From contig NC_091291.1 in assembly GCF_032444005.1 (NCBI RefSeq), positions 16,988,001 to 17,052,000 on the forward strand: a stretch of 64,000 bases of DNA, written 5' to 3'. Below, piece after piece: positions 37,131-49,900 of this stretch. The first letter of the stretch is position 1. Every line of letters begins with the position of its first letter. The translations under genes were made by a program, and so were the position numbers. A model generated the notes under the pieces. That model made no database searches. It saw only the letters and a program-made list of their open reading frames with translations, and had not been told where the DNA came from. Source of the stretch: Ranitomeya imitator. Lineage: Eukaryota.

Positions 37131-40100
37131 CCATAGAGTTTTAAAAGCACCAACTGTCGTCTCCCATCACAGTAATGGGAAAATCTGTCTTCACTGAACA
37201 CAGATTTTTCTCACAATTTGAGAGTAAAAGATCAGTCCGGAAGGAGAAAGATGTCAATTTCTCTGATAAGATATATTACAGGGTAGCTTCTTTTTATGTG
37301 TACTATTGATTTATGAAAAATAAATACATTTTTCAGACTCCTATACATTGTGAAACCAAACAGGTTGTTGTCTGATAATAAACACTGTAGCTCTAGTGAT
37401 ATATACTGTGGAGTTGAGCTTTTCATTCAAGTCACTTCTGTTTGCCTTTTTTTTCTTTCGATGATGTTCCATTCGAAACTTTCATCATGCCTAGCACCGA
37501 ATAAATTGTTGAATGGTGAGGTGGATCCTCAAACCATATGGTCTGGATGAGCAGTTGTGATGCAGCAGGGACGGAGGATGTTGGTGCAACGGGGAGATCA
37601 AGAAGGAACAACGGGAGCAGCGGTGGTAAAAGGGCAACAGGAGGAGCTCACAGAAAAGATGGGATCTACAAAGGCATAACAGTGTCATAGGGGACAAAGA
37701 AGCACAGGCGCTGATGTGGCAGGACTGGACTAGTCGTGTAACAAATTAAATTCGGTGATAAAGCAAAGCTAAGCTTGTCGTAGAGTCCAATTAATAGCTG
37801 ACAGTGGTACGGTAGAGCCAAATTTGTCACAGAGTCCAATGCAGAGCTGTCACCGGTATGGCAGAGTTGCAGCACAGCTGATTTTGTTACAGAGTCTAGT
37901 AGAGAAAGCTGGTCAGCTGTATTGTGCAGCTGGCCTCTTCACAAAGTTTATTATAACAGAGCCAGCAGTGTACAAAGCAAAAAGCTGGGCAGTGAAACAG
38001 CCCACAGTAGTGACATGAGTCACGATTCTACCTATCGGTGTCGTGAGTGACAGTTCAGCCATCCAATCTAGGACAGGAGCATGCTTAGCTGACAGTATGG
38101 TGATGGATAGCTCAGCCGTCCAATCAGAGGCTGGGCTGTGTTGAGCTCTCAGTGTGTTGAGTGCCAGTTTAACCATCCAATCAGGGCTGGGGAGTGCCGG
38201 GGCTTCCTCCATGTGTCTCCTGTTCGGAGTGATTACCTGGCTATTTAGGTGTCTCTTGCTTCCAATTATGCCAGTTGTAGCTTAGCTCAAGTAGCGTCCT
38301 CTTGCTTTGTTCTCTGTGTTCCTGTATTTGATCTTTGTTGCCTGACCTTGGACCTTGCCTCCGACCATCCATTTGTCTTGGCCCTTTGTCTTGATCCGCT
38401 ACCTTCCTGGAATTTTGACCTTGGACTGTGACCTACACCTTTGCCTTACCCCATTGTTTACGATGAGCCCTCTCGGTATCAGACCCCAGGCCTCTTGACT
38501 ACCCGAGCCTCACGGCTTGTCCGTGAGCAGTGATTAGTGTCACAGTATGAACTCCTACTACCTGAATACTCAGGGGGAGTTCCACTTCTTTGGTTGCCTA
38601 TAGGACCGCGGGACATGGCAATAGAGTTGCAATGGCAATTCAACATAACAAAGAACAGGGAGAGATGGTGGCAAGAAGAGGAAACAGCACCTGATGGATT
38701 CAGGAGAGTCAAGGAACATTAGCATAAAGCAATAAGACTGGGGCTACACCGCGATGTTGATGGCCAAAGTTTGTTCGGTCACGCTGTAACATTGCAGCGC
38801 AATACAAGTAAATGGAGTCACAATGCAACATTGAGTATACTGCGACCATGATGAGCATAAAGCAAAAAGTCCAAGCAGGCTGGATTTTTTGCAACTTACT
38901 TGTTTCCGTCTTAGGGTACCGTCACACTATACGATTTACCAACGATCACGACCAGCGATACGACCTGGCCGTGATCGTTGGTAAGTCGTAGTGTGGTTAG
39001 TACACTCTGGGTCACAATGTGACCCCATTCACTTGTAGTGCATTGTGATGTTGTAACGACTTCTAACAATGTCGACCTGAGGCAACTTGGGCAACCTCGT
39101 GGAATTTACCAAAGCAGAAATCTCTTGAACCTCACAGCGATGTCCTCGTAATGCTTGATTTTTTTTGTAAGACGGTGGCAGATTCTTTTTTTTTACCTCC
39201 TTACAAGCTGTAATAAATAAGTTATGAAATTACTTAGAAAGTTTTAGATTAATCCAATATAAACATTTACTTCTCAGGGTGTTTCCCCATTATTCACAGT
39301 TACAAGGCCGAAATCAATGAATGTCTCCAGATTAATGGTTCGGGGCTCGGCCATGTGTAAAAAGTCGATAAAACTGTGTACAAAAGCCTCTTTGTGCTGC
39401 TAGACAGACATATTTTCCCCAGAAATAGATCATGTGTGTGATTTTTTTTCTTGCTGGATTCGTATAGTTATGCACCATCTGGGCACCCTCCATACCAAAT
39501 TGTCATCGACTGGTAGCTCTCAAAAAGCCCAGGTGGCCCTGACGCGCGTTGTTGGAGAAAGAGCCAACATCAGTGCGGACCCTGAAAAGGCACAGGACTG
39601 ATATTATCGTTGTAGGTCTTCAGTGGCAAAACATTCACACTGTTGTACAAGGGCAAAGGCAAAACTTTATCGAGCAATTTTTTGGATAGAGGTTTGAGAG
39701 GGAAGGGTGCAATATTATACATGATGTGCCGGAAAAACTTGTCATTGACCTATGTGATGGTTAGAACTTAGACCTGAGCTGTCTGTTGTGAGAATGTCTG
39801 CTGTAATGCTGCTGCAGTGCAGTAAACCTCCACCAGGGGATGTTGGTGATGGTAGAGAGGTTGCACACCCAGCGGAACACCACTGAGCAGCAGCACAAGC
39901 GCCACCAAGTGGCAAAAGAGTGGTCAGACGAGCCGAGTCAGAAACCATCAGGATAAAAAGTACCAGAGGTCACAGCAACACACGTGGTCAAATACAAGCC
40001 AGAAGTCAGAGCCAGATGGGAGCAGATATAACCCAGACGAGAGACAGTAAACAGGTCAGAAGACAAGCCGGGTTACATAGCAAGAGGTCCAAGCACAGGG

Positions 40101-40753
40101 AGCGAACACTAAGACAAAGCGGGGTGGCAGGAAAGGGAAGTCATGGGAACAGAGTACACGGGCAGAGGACAAAACACGGTATCAAGGGGTCAGCTGCTCT
40201 AGCCTGGGAGTATGAACTATCACTGACATTGGTCTGCAGGCCACAGCAAACTGAAATAGCAACACAGAAGCCAAAATGAGGCAAAGAAGGTAAACCTCCG
40301 CATGACCAGACCAGAGAGAAAATAACAAGAAACAAACCCCGGCCTGGATCATGACATCTGCAGCCTGGAACCCAGGTGTTGGTGAATGGAGGGGGCTGTG
40401 AAGCTGAGTAAGCCTCACACATGGTGGATGCTGGCTGTATTATACAGCCAAGATTTCTCTGTAAAAGCAGCGACCAGAGTTGCTGTTATAAAGGCACAGA
40501 TGATTGGCCTCGGGGAGACCAAAACATCAAACACCGCGGAGACACCATCACGTGTTTCTCAACGCAGTGATTCCAGAACACTGCCCCCATCCCTTATGGG
40601 AAATATGCAGATGCAAGTAAAGAAGCTGCGGAGACACCATCACGTGTTTCTCGACGCAAGCAGTGAATAGCCAGGCCTTTCCCCGGGAAGGAACAACCAC
40701 GGGAAGGGCAGCATCCTATGAAGGAAAGCCACCTATGCCAAGCATGGTATCCA

Positions 40754-40798
40754 TCCACAGACAGCTGTTTCGGGGTTTTTGCCCCTCATCAGTGTGGA
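40754..40798 (-). ncRNA. Type I minimal hammerhead ribozyme, copy 1
   Basis: tccaca-CTGATGA-gggg(caaaaa)cccc-GAAA-cagctg-TC^-tgtgga. Intact core, 6-bp stem I, 4-bp stem II, palindromic mini stem III. Confidence 0.92.
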
Positions 40799-41106
40799 GT
40801 AGGAATCTGGCTATTAGGAGCAGTGCCTAGTAAAAAGGCTATAAAGGCACAGATGATTGGCCTCGGGGAGACCAAAACATCAAACACCGCGGAGACACCA
40901 TCACGTGTTTCTCAACGCAGTGATTCCAGAACACTGCCCCCATCCCTTATGGGAAATATGCAGATGCAAGTAAAGAAGCTGCGGAGACACCATCACGTGT
41001 TTCTCGACGCAAGCAGTGAATAGCCAGGCCTTTCCCCGGGAAGGAACAACCACGGGAAGGGCAGCATCCTATGAAGGAAAGCCACCTATGCCAAGCATGG
41101 TATCCA

Positions 41107-41151
41107 TCCACAGACAGCTGTTTCGGGGTTTTTGCCCCTCATCAGTGTGGA
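41107..41151 (-). ncRNA. Type I minimal hammerhead ribozyme, copy 2
   Basis: Same sequence as copy 1, 353 bp away. Confidence 0.92.
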
Positions 41152-42263
41152 GTAGGAATCTGGCTATTAGGAGCTGTTAGCTCATTAAATCCCACTGTCA
41201 AAGTCTGACTCCAGTATTCGAGTGGAGGAAACACATTAGCGCACTGTTTTGGGAACCCTTTACTTCCCCCATGATGTAATCGCAAGGTTTCGATGGGTTG
41301 ACAATGCAGCTGGGGGGCATGGATGCCATCTTCATATTTCTCGTAAGCACAACAACACCCTAGGCTTCATCGGAGACCTTCACTTTACCTATATACTGCA
41401 ATACTCCATGTTTTCCTGCTTTTCAGCACAAAACTACAACTTGTCTCACAAAAAAAACAAAAAAACAACAAACCCTCATAGAGCGATGTTGGAAAAAAAC
41501 GTTATGGCTACTGAAAAGAAAAAATTGGCCATGACGGGAAGTTGGCTAGACGTGGTCGTCTTTGGATTACACTGTGCGGTTTATCTTTATATTACATATT
41601 GACAGAGAAGATTCACTTTTCTGGAGAAAACCACAAAAGCAAGGTGTGAGGTTACTTGGAAAGGTGTGGGTTTACCTACTTTAAATATTTATCTGATAAG
41701 GCTGTAACAAAGCGAAAACGCCCTAGGATTAGTGAATGTTACGAGAGCCGTGGAATGTTTACGGAGGTGCCCGGGGGCTGTATACTACGGCGCTGAGTCC
41801 GGTCGGGTGCTACATATTCAGAATGGTCGACCCCTTGAAATGCCTTTAATTTGACCTGTGAGTCTCTGGATCGAGTGCTAATGAATTGTGCCGCTTCTGT
41901 AGTTTTTGGTGCCATTCCCATGTAAGAATTTGGACGGTGCGGCACGTGGGGTGGTGGACCTGGGATCCTTTAAAGTAGAGATTTGGAGATTTGTGCTTTG
42001 GATGGGGCATTTTAATAGGCGGTTACTTTGCAGACAAGATGACTTTATTAGGCACTGGGTAGAAGAAAATAGAGCGAATTAACACCATGTCGCTCTCCTA
42101 GGCAGGACAGGCTGAGGTTAGTAGGCACCTGAGGTCTTACAGCAGCACTGATGGAGGAAAAGAGCTCCAGGTACATCCCGGCTGTCTGTGGTCCAATCAA
42201 ATATTTCTATTGACCTTGTAACAAACTCCTCAAGATAATTTGAGTTAAGAAATATTCAATTCA

Positions 42264-42437
42264 TGTGCAACTATCAAGTGTACTGTACCATCCTGTGCAA
42301 ACTGCAACCATCCAGTGTATTGTACCATCCTGTGCAAACTGCAACCATCCAGTGTACTGTACCATCCTGTGCAAACTGCAATCATCCAGTATACTGTACC
42401 ATTCTGTGCAAACTGCAATCATCCAGTGTACTGTACC
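42264..42437 (+). repeat. 37-bp tandem repeat
   Basis: GTGCAAACTGCAACCATCCAGTGTACTGTACCATCCT, about 4.5 copies. Confidence 0.9.
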
Positions 42438-43864
42438 ATGACCACGGACATCTCCAAACACCATGAAGACCAAGGAGACCTCCAAACACCATGAAGGCCA
42501 AGGAGACCTCCAAAAAACACCAGGAAGACCAAGGAGACCTCCAAACAACACCAAGGAGATCTCCAAACAACACCATGAAGACCAATGAGACCTCCAAATA
42601 ACACCATAAAGACCAAGGAGACCTCCAAACAACACCAAGGAGATCTCCAAACAACACTATGAAGACCAAGGACATCTCCAAACACCATGAAGACTAAGGA
42701 GATCTCCAAACAAGCCAAGGACAAAGTTGTTGAGAAATACAAGTCAGGTTTGGGTTATAAAAAATATCCCAATCTCTGATGATCCCCTGGAGCACCTTCA
42801 AATCCATTATTATCAAATGGAAAGAACATGGTACCACAACAAACCTGCCAAGAGAGGGCCGCCCACCAAAACTATCAGCCTGGGCAAGGAGGACATTAAT
42901 CACAGAGGCAGCACAGAGACCAAAGGTAACACTGAAGGAGCTGAAGAGTTCTCAGGTAGAGACTGGAGAATCTGTTCATACAACCACAATAAGCCATACA
43001 CTCCATAGATTTGTCCTTTAAGGAAGAATGGGCAGAAAAAAATCCTTTACTTACACACAAATTGTAAGGCTCATTTTGAGTTTACAAAAATACATTTGGG
43101 AGACTCCCCAAATGTATGGAGGAAGGTGCTGTGGTCAAATGATACCAAAATTGAACTTTTTGGCCACCAAGATAAATGCTATGTCTTACACCAAACCAAC
43201 ACAACTCATCACCTCAAGAACACCATCCCCACAGTGAAACATGGTGGTGGCAACATCATGATGGGATGTTTTTCAGTAGCAGGGATAGGGAAAATGGTCA
43301 GAGTTGAGGAGAAAAAGGATGGTGTGAAAAGTAAAACCTGTTTCAGTCTGTCAGTGATTTGAGACTAGGACGGAGGTTCACCTTCCAATAAGACAATGAA
43401 CCAAAGCTAAAGCAACATTTAAGTTTTTTAAGGGGAAGCGTGTGAATGTTTTGGAGAGGCCTATTCACAGCCCAGACCTTAATCCAATTGAGAATCTGTG
43501 GTCTGACTTGAAGATCGCTGTCCACCAGAGAAAACCATCAAACTTGAAGTAGTTGGAGCATGAGCAATGGTCAAAAATGCCAGTGGCAAGATGTGGAAAG
43601 CTCATAAAGTGACATGCAGCTGCAAATGCCGTAAAAGGAGGCTCTACAAAGTACTGACTTTAGGGGGGGTGAATAGTTATGCACACTGAAGTTCTCAGTT
43701 TTTTGTCCTATTTGTTGTTTGCTTTGCAATAAAAAGAAAAATAAATGTTCACAGCTGTCGGTATGTTCTGTACATGAACGGTTGCAGACCCTTAAAAAAA
43801 AAACGTGAAATTCTAGGTTGTGAGGTCGCAAATGTCAAGGGTGTGAATACTTTGCAAACCACTG
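42438..43864 (+). mobile_element. Tc1/mariner transposon with decayed transposase and intact right end
   Basis: Pseudo-ORF at about 42687-43657 (MKTKEISKQAKDKVVEKYKSGLGYKK / IPWSTFKSIIIKWKEHGTTTNLPREGRPPKL / KVLWSNDTKIELFG / TVKHGGGNIM / SPDLNPIENLW) with frameshifts. It ends ...AACCACTG|TA at 43864-43866. Confidence 0.9.
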
Positions 43865-43955
43865 TATATAGTTACTTTAGAAATATTTTGAAGTCTTGAG
43901 TCATTACTAGTCCCTGCCGGTTTTACAAGTGCCTTGGGGAGGAGTTCGAGCGGCT

Positions 43956-43962
43956 TATAAAT
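43956..43962 (+). promoter_or_regulatory. TATA box of lectin gene C
   Basis: TATAAAT 44 bp upstream of the ATG. Confidence 0.7.
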
Positions 43963-43999
43963 GGTGAAGAACCTGCTGCTCTTCACACAAGGAGTCATC

Positions 44000-46900
44000 A
44001 TGCACCTGATCCTTGGTCTACTGCTGTGCATCGGTGCGGCCACTTCTGCAGGTAACATCTGTCTATACATGAAGCTTAGATATGGTAGAACTTTGTACAT
44101 TATTACTTTTGCTTTTCTCTTACTGTGATCTTCTGCGTTCCTTTTGCCGTTATCATATCTTCTCTTCTCAGAGCTGCAGTGCACCGCGATACCTGGAGTT
44201 CTGAAGCAGATCGATGCTAGCAACGGTCAGGTTTACGGCGTAAATTTTGGTGACGACATCTACAAATGGGAGAACAATAACTGGATACAGTTGCCTGGAA
44301 AATTGATCCATGTGACGTTCGGTCCAGCCGGACTCTGGGGAGTCAACAGGGCAAACAATATCTATAAGTGGCAAGACAACCTCTGGCAGAACGTAGCAGG
44401 TAAGAAGACCCCTTAGATGCCTTGCAGCTCCGAATTTCGACCCTCTCCATGTTAGTTCAGCGAGGGGCTACTGCAGTTTTCTACTTTCTTCCCCATAAGA
44501 AGCTAAGATATGGGGAGATGTTTGCTTGAAGCTCCTCATGGTCAAAAAGTCTTCTCACTAGACCATAGTGTCTTCTCCAGGTGGCAGGACAGAACGGCAC
44601 AGCTAGAAAATCTCTAGGGGGTCTCACCAAACATCTCCTGATCTATCAGCTTTATGAACCCATAACCTTTATGGCATCAGTATATAACGTGCATCTTCTG
44701 GGATTGATTCCATAGCTGATCCCTGGAGGGTCCGGCAGTCAAATACCTTATACCTTGCTTGTAATTGGGGACAACTGCCATCATCTGTACTCCAAATGAG
44801 TATGCTCTACTATCAATGTAGTTAAAGGTTGGATCATTGGCTTCCAACCCCCAGATTTTCCGCAATCTATTTGTCTTTAGCTGTTTTGATATCAGAGCAT
44901 ACTCATTTGGAGTACAGATGATGGCAGTGATAAGTCAGACCCTGTTTCCTCCTTTAAGCATTGTGCTTATCATAACAACCTTCTGCAGCAGCTTCCGGAG
45001 AGAATTAGTGACACAGATGCTGAGCTGACCCATCACTGCCATCATCTGCACTCCAGATGAGTATGTTCTGATTTCAAAGTAGCTAAAGGTGGGATCATTG
45101 GCTCCCAACCCCCAGCTTTTCCGCAATCTATTTGTCTTTAGCTGTGTTTATATCAGAACATACTATTTTGGAGTACAGATGATGGCAGTGATAAGTCAGA
45201 CCCTGTTTCCTCCTTTAAGTGTTGTGCTTTTCAGAACAACCTCGGAGAAAATTAGTGACACAGATGCCGAGCTGAATCATCACTGTCATCATCTGTACTC
45301 CAAATGAGCACATTCTGATATCCATCCAGCTGAAGGCTTCCAACCCCCTGCTTTTCTCCAGTCTATTTACTTCCAGATACATTGATATCAGAACTTAGGA
45401 ATTTGGAGTACAGATGATGGCAGTGATAGGTCGTTGCCTGTATTCTCTTACCAGAACAGTATCTTGCAACAGTTTTTCCCTTGAATTAGTGACCCATCCC
45501 TGCCATCATCTGTACTGCAAGTGAACACGCTCTGAAATCAATGCAACTTAAGGCCCGCAGCGTTTCTGCAATCTATTTATCTTTAGCTGTATTGATATCA
45601 GAGCATACTCTTTTGGAGTACAGATGGTAGCAGTGATAAGTCAGCTCCTGTTTCCTCTTTTAAGTGTTGTGCTCATCATAACAACCTCCTGCTGCAGCTT
45701 CCGGAGAGAATTGATGACACTGATGCCGAGCTGACCCATCACTGCAATCATCTGTACTCCAAATGAGTATGCTCTACTATCAATGTAGCTAAATGCAGGA
45801 TCATTGGCTCCAATCCCTTGCTTTTCCCCAGTCTATTTGTCTTTAGCTGTATTGATATCAGAGCATACTTATTTGGAGTACAGATGATGGCAGTGATAAG
45901 TCAGCTCCTGTCTCCTCCTTTAAGTGTTGTGCTTTTCAGAACAATTTCCTGGAGAGAATTATGGAGAGAATTAGTGACACAGATGCCAAGCTGAGCCATC
46001 ACTGCCATCATGTGTACTCCAAATGAGCACATTCTGATACCAATGCAGCTGAAGGCGGGGGTCATTGCTTTTCAAATCCAGTCTTTTCCTCAGTCTATTT
46101 GTTTTCAGCTTCATTGATATCAGTATGTACTCATTTAGAGTACAGATGATGGCAGTGATGGATCATTGCCTGTCTCCTCTTATTAGAACAATCTTCCGCA
46201 ACAGTTTTTCCTTAGAATTAGTGACACAGGCACTGAGCTGACCCATCACTGCCATCATCTGTACTCCAAAGGGGTATGTTCTGATACCAATGCAGCTGAA
46301 GGGAAGGACATTGCTTTCCATCCCACAGTTTGCCTCCAGTATATTTGTCTTCAGCTGCATTGATATCAAAATGCACTCATTTGGAGTACAGATGATGTTA
46401 GTTACGGCTAAGCTCTTTCTCATCTTATCAGAACAATCTCCTGCAGCAACTTTTCTCCAGAATTAATGGCACAGCTACTGAGCTGACCCATCACTGCCAT
46501 CATCTGTACTCTAAATGAGTTTGTTCCAATATCAATGCAGCAGAAGGCAGGAACATTGGCTTCCAACCTTCTACGTTTCCCCTGTCTATTTGCCTTCAGC
46601 TGACTGATATCAACACATATTCATTTGGAGTACAGATGATGGCAGTGATGGGTCAGATCAGCACCTGTCTCAATAATTCTGGGGAGAATCTGCTGCAGAA
46701 AATTGTTCTAATAAGAGAAGGAGTCAGGTGCTGACGGATCACTGCCATCATTCGTACTCCAAAAGAGTACACTCTGATATCAGTGCAGATGAAGGCAGGG
46801 ACATTGGCTTCCAACCTCCTGCTTTTTCCCCAGTCTATTTCCCTTCAGCTGCATTGATATCAATGCATACTCATTTGGAGTACAGATGATGGTAGTGATG

Positions 46901-49900
46901 GGTCAGCTCAGCTCCTGTCTCCTCCTTTGACTGTTCTGCTTATGAAAACAATCTCCTGCAGCAGCTTTCCCCTAGAATTGGAGACACAGGAGCTGAGCTG
47001 ACTCATCACTGCCATCATCTGTACTCCAGCTGATTCCAGGAAAACAGGCTGGGAAAAACAAACTGAAGTTTAGAAGCCATTTATATGTGTCTATTTACAA
47101 GAAAAAATATAAATCATTAAGCAATTTGCAAAGTTTCATAACTTATTTTGCTGAAGGAGTGAAAGAATGGCTGCTTTCTTTCCTCAGTACAGGGGGATCA
47201 CTGCCTTCCATGCGGCTTCAGCCACCACTGTCATTTACTTCCTGCTTACAGCCTCTTTTTATAGTCAACAGTACTACAGTGCCCTCTAATGGTGGTAACT
47301 TGTTAATGCAGGCATATATTGGTGCAAAAAATTCCATTCCATTTATCTTTGATTTTGCTTCTATAGGTGCTCTGAAACAAATAGACGCAGGTGGAGAGAT
47401 ATTCGTGTCTGGAGTTAATGGATTGGATTGGATTTACTGCCTGAACCAAGTGGACACACTTTCTAAAGCTACAGTGCTGCCCTTTGTTCAACTAGATGGG
47501 GCTCTCAAATACTACTCTTGTGGCCTGAATGGCTGCTGGGGTGTGAACAGCATCAATAACATCTATTACCGCTATGACGTGCAGCCCAGTGCCTGCAGAG
47601 GAAGTCGTTGGCAGCAGGTAGAAGGCAGTTTGGTCATGGTGGAGGTCGCCACCGATGGTTCTGTATACGGCGTGAACTCTGGAGGAATGGTATATAAAAG
47701 GTACAAAAATTAGAATAATTAACTATAAATTCCATTATCGGACATTCTGCTCTTAGGTCAAAATTTTGTAGCTATGAATTTATGATGTATCTGGGAATAT
47801 TATTTGGGAAAATTATGGATACCTGCAGCCACCACTAGGGGGAGCTCACTGTATATAGAATTCAACTGCTCAATGAGAATCTGTAACAGTGGGCTCCCCC
47901 TAGTGGTGGCTGCTATGACAGCATCCAACAAGCAAGGGAATGAGTTTACTGCTGCTTACAGGGACCACGTCATCACTAGGAAGCCCAAACTGCCCAAGCT
48001 TCAACTGGCGACATCCGCCGCACACAGGGGTGGATTAAGGGTAGCCAGGGCCCCGGGCTGTTCACACACTGTGGGCCCCCCCGGTCATGTGACGGGGGTC
48101 ATGTGACGGGGGTCATGTGACGGGGGTCATGATATACCCGAACCAGATTATTCCAGAAAAATGGCCGGGCCCTACTCTACTGTAACCTATTAAATATTTG
48201 TTAAAATCTGCAATACAATTTAGGTATATCTTGACCAATAATATCACATACAAGGAACAAATACCACCGCACCATGACCAGACCACAAATTACAACCACA
48301 GTGATCGAATAATATCACATACAAGGAACAAATATCACTGCACCATTTCCAGACCACATATTACCACCACATAGTGACTGAGTACCACAATACTGATCAG
48401 TAATAAAAAAACAAAAAACACAATACTATCACCATAAGTGCCAGTATTCACAGGAGATCTGTACTTAGTATGCAGTGTCTGTGTAGAGGTAATACAGTGA
48501 TCACTGGTGGTATTATACACAGGAGCTCTGTATATAGTATACAGTGTATAGTGTCAGTGTATAGGCAACACTGACTCACCAGTGACGTCTCTAGGTGAAG
48601 TCCTTCATCTTTCATCCAGCACAGACCGCCATCATTCCTTCCAGCCAGGACTCGTTTCTGCAGGAAATAACACAGTAATCTCGAGCTCCACTTGCAGAAC
48701 ACATTACTTAATTTTTCACAACTTCTACATTACACCACATGAAGATAAAAAGGCGATATAGTGTCACTCTGCACAATAACAGGACCGCCCCCCCCCCCAT
48801 TTAAAACAGTATACTCAAAAAATAAAATAAATACATCACTGCAGTAATAATATCCCTTAATTAGCCCCTATGGTAATAATATTCCCCACCCTGGCCCCGT
48901 TTATCTCATTCCTCGCTCCAGCCATATGTTCTCCCATCCTGCACTCATGAGTATCCATTCTACCCCATATGATCTCCCCATCCTGCCCCATCTGTCTCCA
49001 TCGTATCCATTCTGCCCCATGATCCAATCCTGCCCCATGTCTCCAATCATGCCCCGTGTCTACATTCTGCCCATGCCTCCAGTCCTGCCCCCAGTGTGTC
49101 CAGCATATTACCACCAGTGTGTCCAGCAATCTGGCCCAGTGTCTCCAGCATTGCCCCAGTGTGTCCAGCAATAATCTGCCCCAGTGTATCCAGCATTGCC
49201 CCAGTGTGTCCAGCAATCATCTGCCCCAGTGTCTCCAGCATTGCCCCAGTGTGTCCAGCAATCATCTGCCCCAGTGTATCCAGCATTACCCCAGTGTGTC
49301 CAGCAATCATCTGCCCCAGTGTCTCCAGCAATCTGCCCCAGTGTCTCCAGCAATCTGCCCCAGTGTCTCCAGCAATCTGCCCCAGTGTCTCCAGCAATCT
49401 GCCCCCAGTGTCTCCAGCAATCTGCCCCCAGTGTCTCCAGCAATCTGCCCCAGTGTGTCCTCCAGCAATCTGCCCCCAGTGTGTCCTCCAGCAATCTGCC
49501 CCACTGTCTCCAGCAATCTGCCCCACTGTCTCCAGCAATCTGCCCCACTGTCTCCAGCAATCTGCCCCACTGTCTCCAGCATTGCCCCCAGTGTGTCCTC
49601 CAGCATTGCCCCCCAGTGTGTCCTCCAGCAATCTGGCCCACTGTCTCCAGCATTGCCCCACTGTCTCCAGCATTGCCCCACTGTCTCCAACATTGCCCCC
49701 AGTGTGTCCTCCAATCTGCCCCAGTGTCTCCAGCATTGCCCCCAGTGTGTCCTCCAATCTGCCACAGTGTCTCCAGCATTGCCCCCCCCAGTGTGTCCTC
49801 CAATCTGCCTCACTGTCTCCACCAATCTGCCCCACTGTCTCCAGCAATCTGCCCCACTGTCTGCAGCAATCTGCCCCACTGTCTCCAGCAATCTGCCCCA

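Larger units (their letters stand above)
40487..41174 (-). mobile_element. Non-LTR retrozyme (satellite-2-like): about 1.95 tandem copies of a 353-bp monomer
   Basis: Direct repeat with period 353 (TATAAAGGCAC at 40487 and 40840); I found no differences between the copies. Each copy has a hammerhead. GCTGTTA is duplicated at both flanks (40482-40488, 41173-41179). Confidence 0.88.

Noticed and set aside
37825-38544. Candidate solo LTR (TGTCAC...GTCACA)
   Set aside because: No matching TSD and no second copy in the window.
39535-39565. GACGCGCGTT as another hammerhead
   Set aside because: No GAAA/CUGANGA core or stem II on either strand.
41739-41945. ORF faintly reminiscent of a piggyBac transposase
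   Set aside because: The similarity is too short and ambiguous without a profile search.
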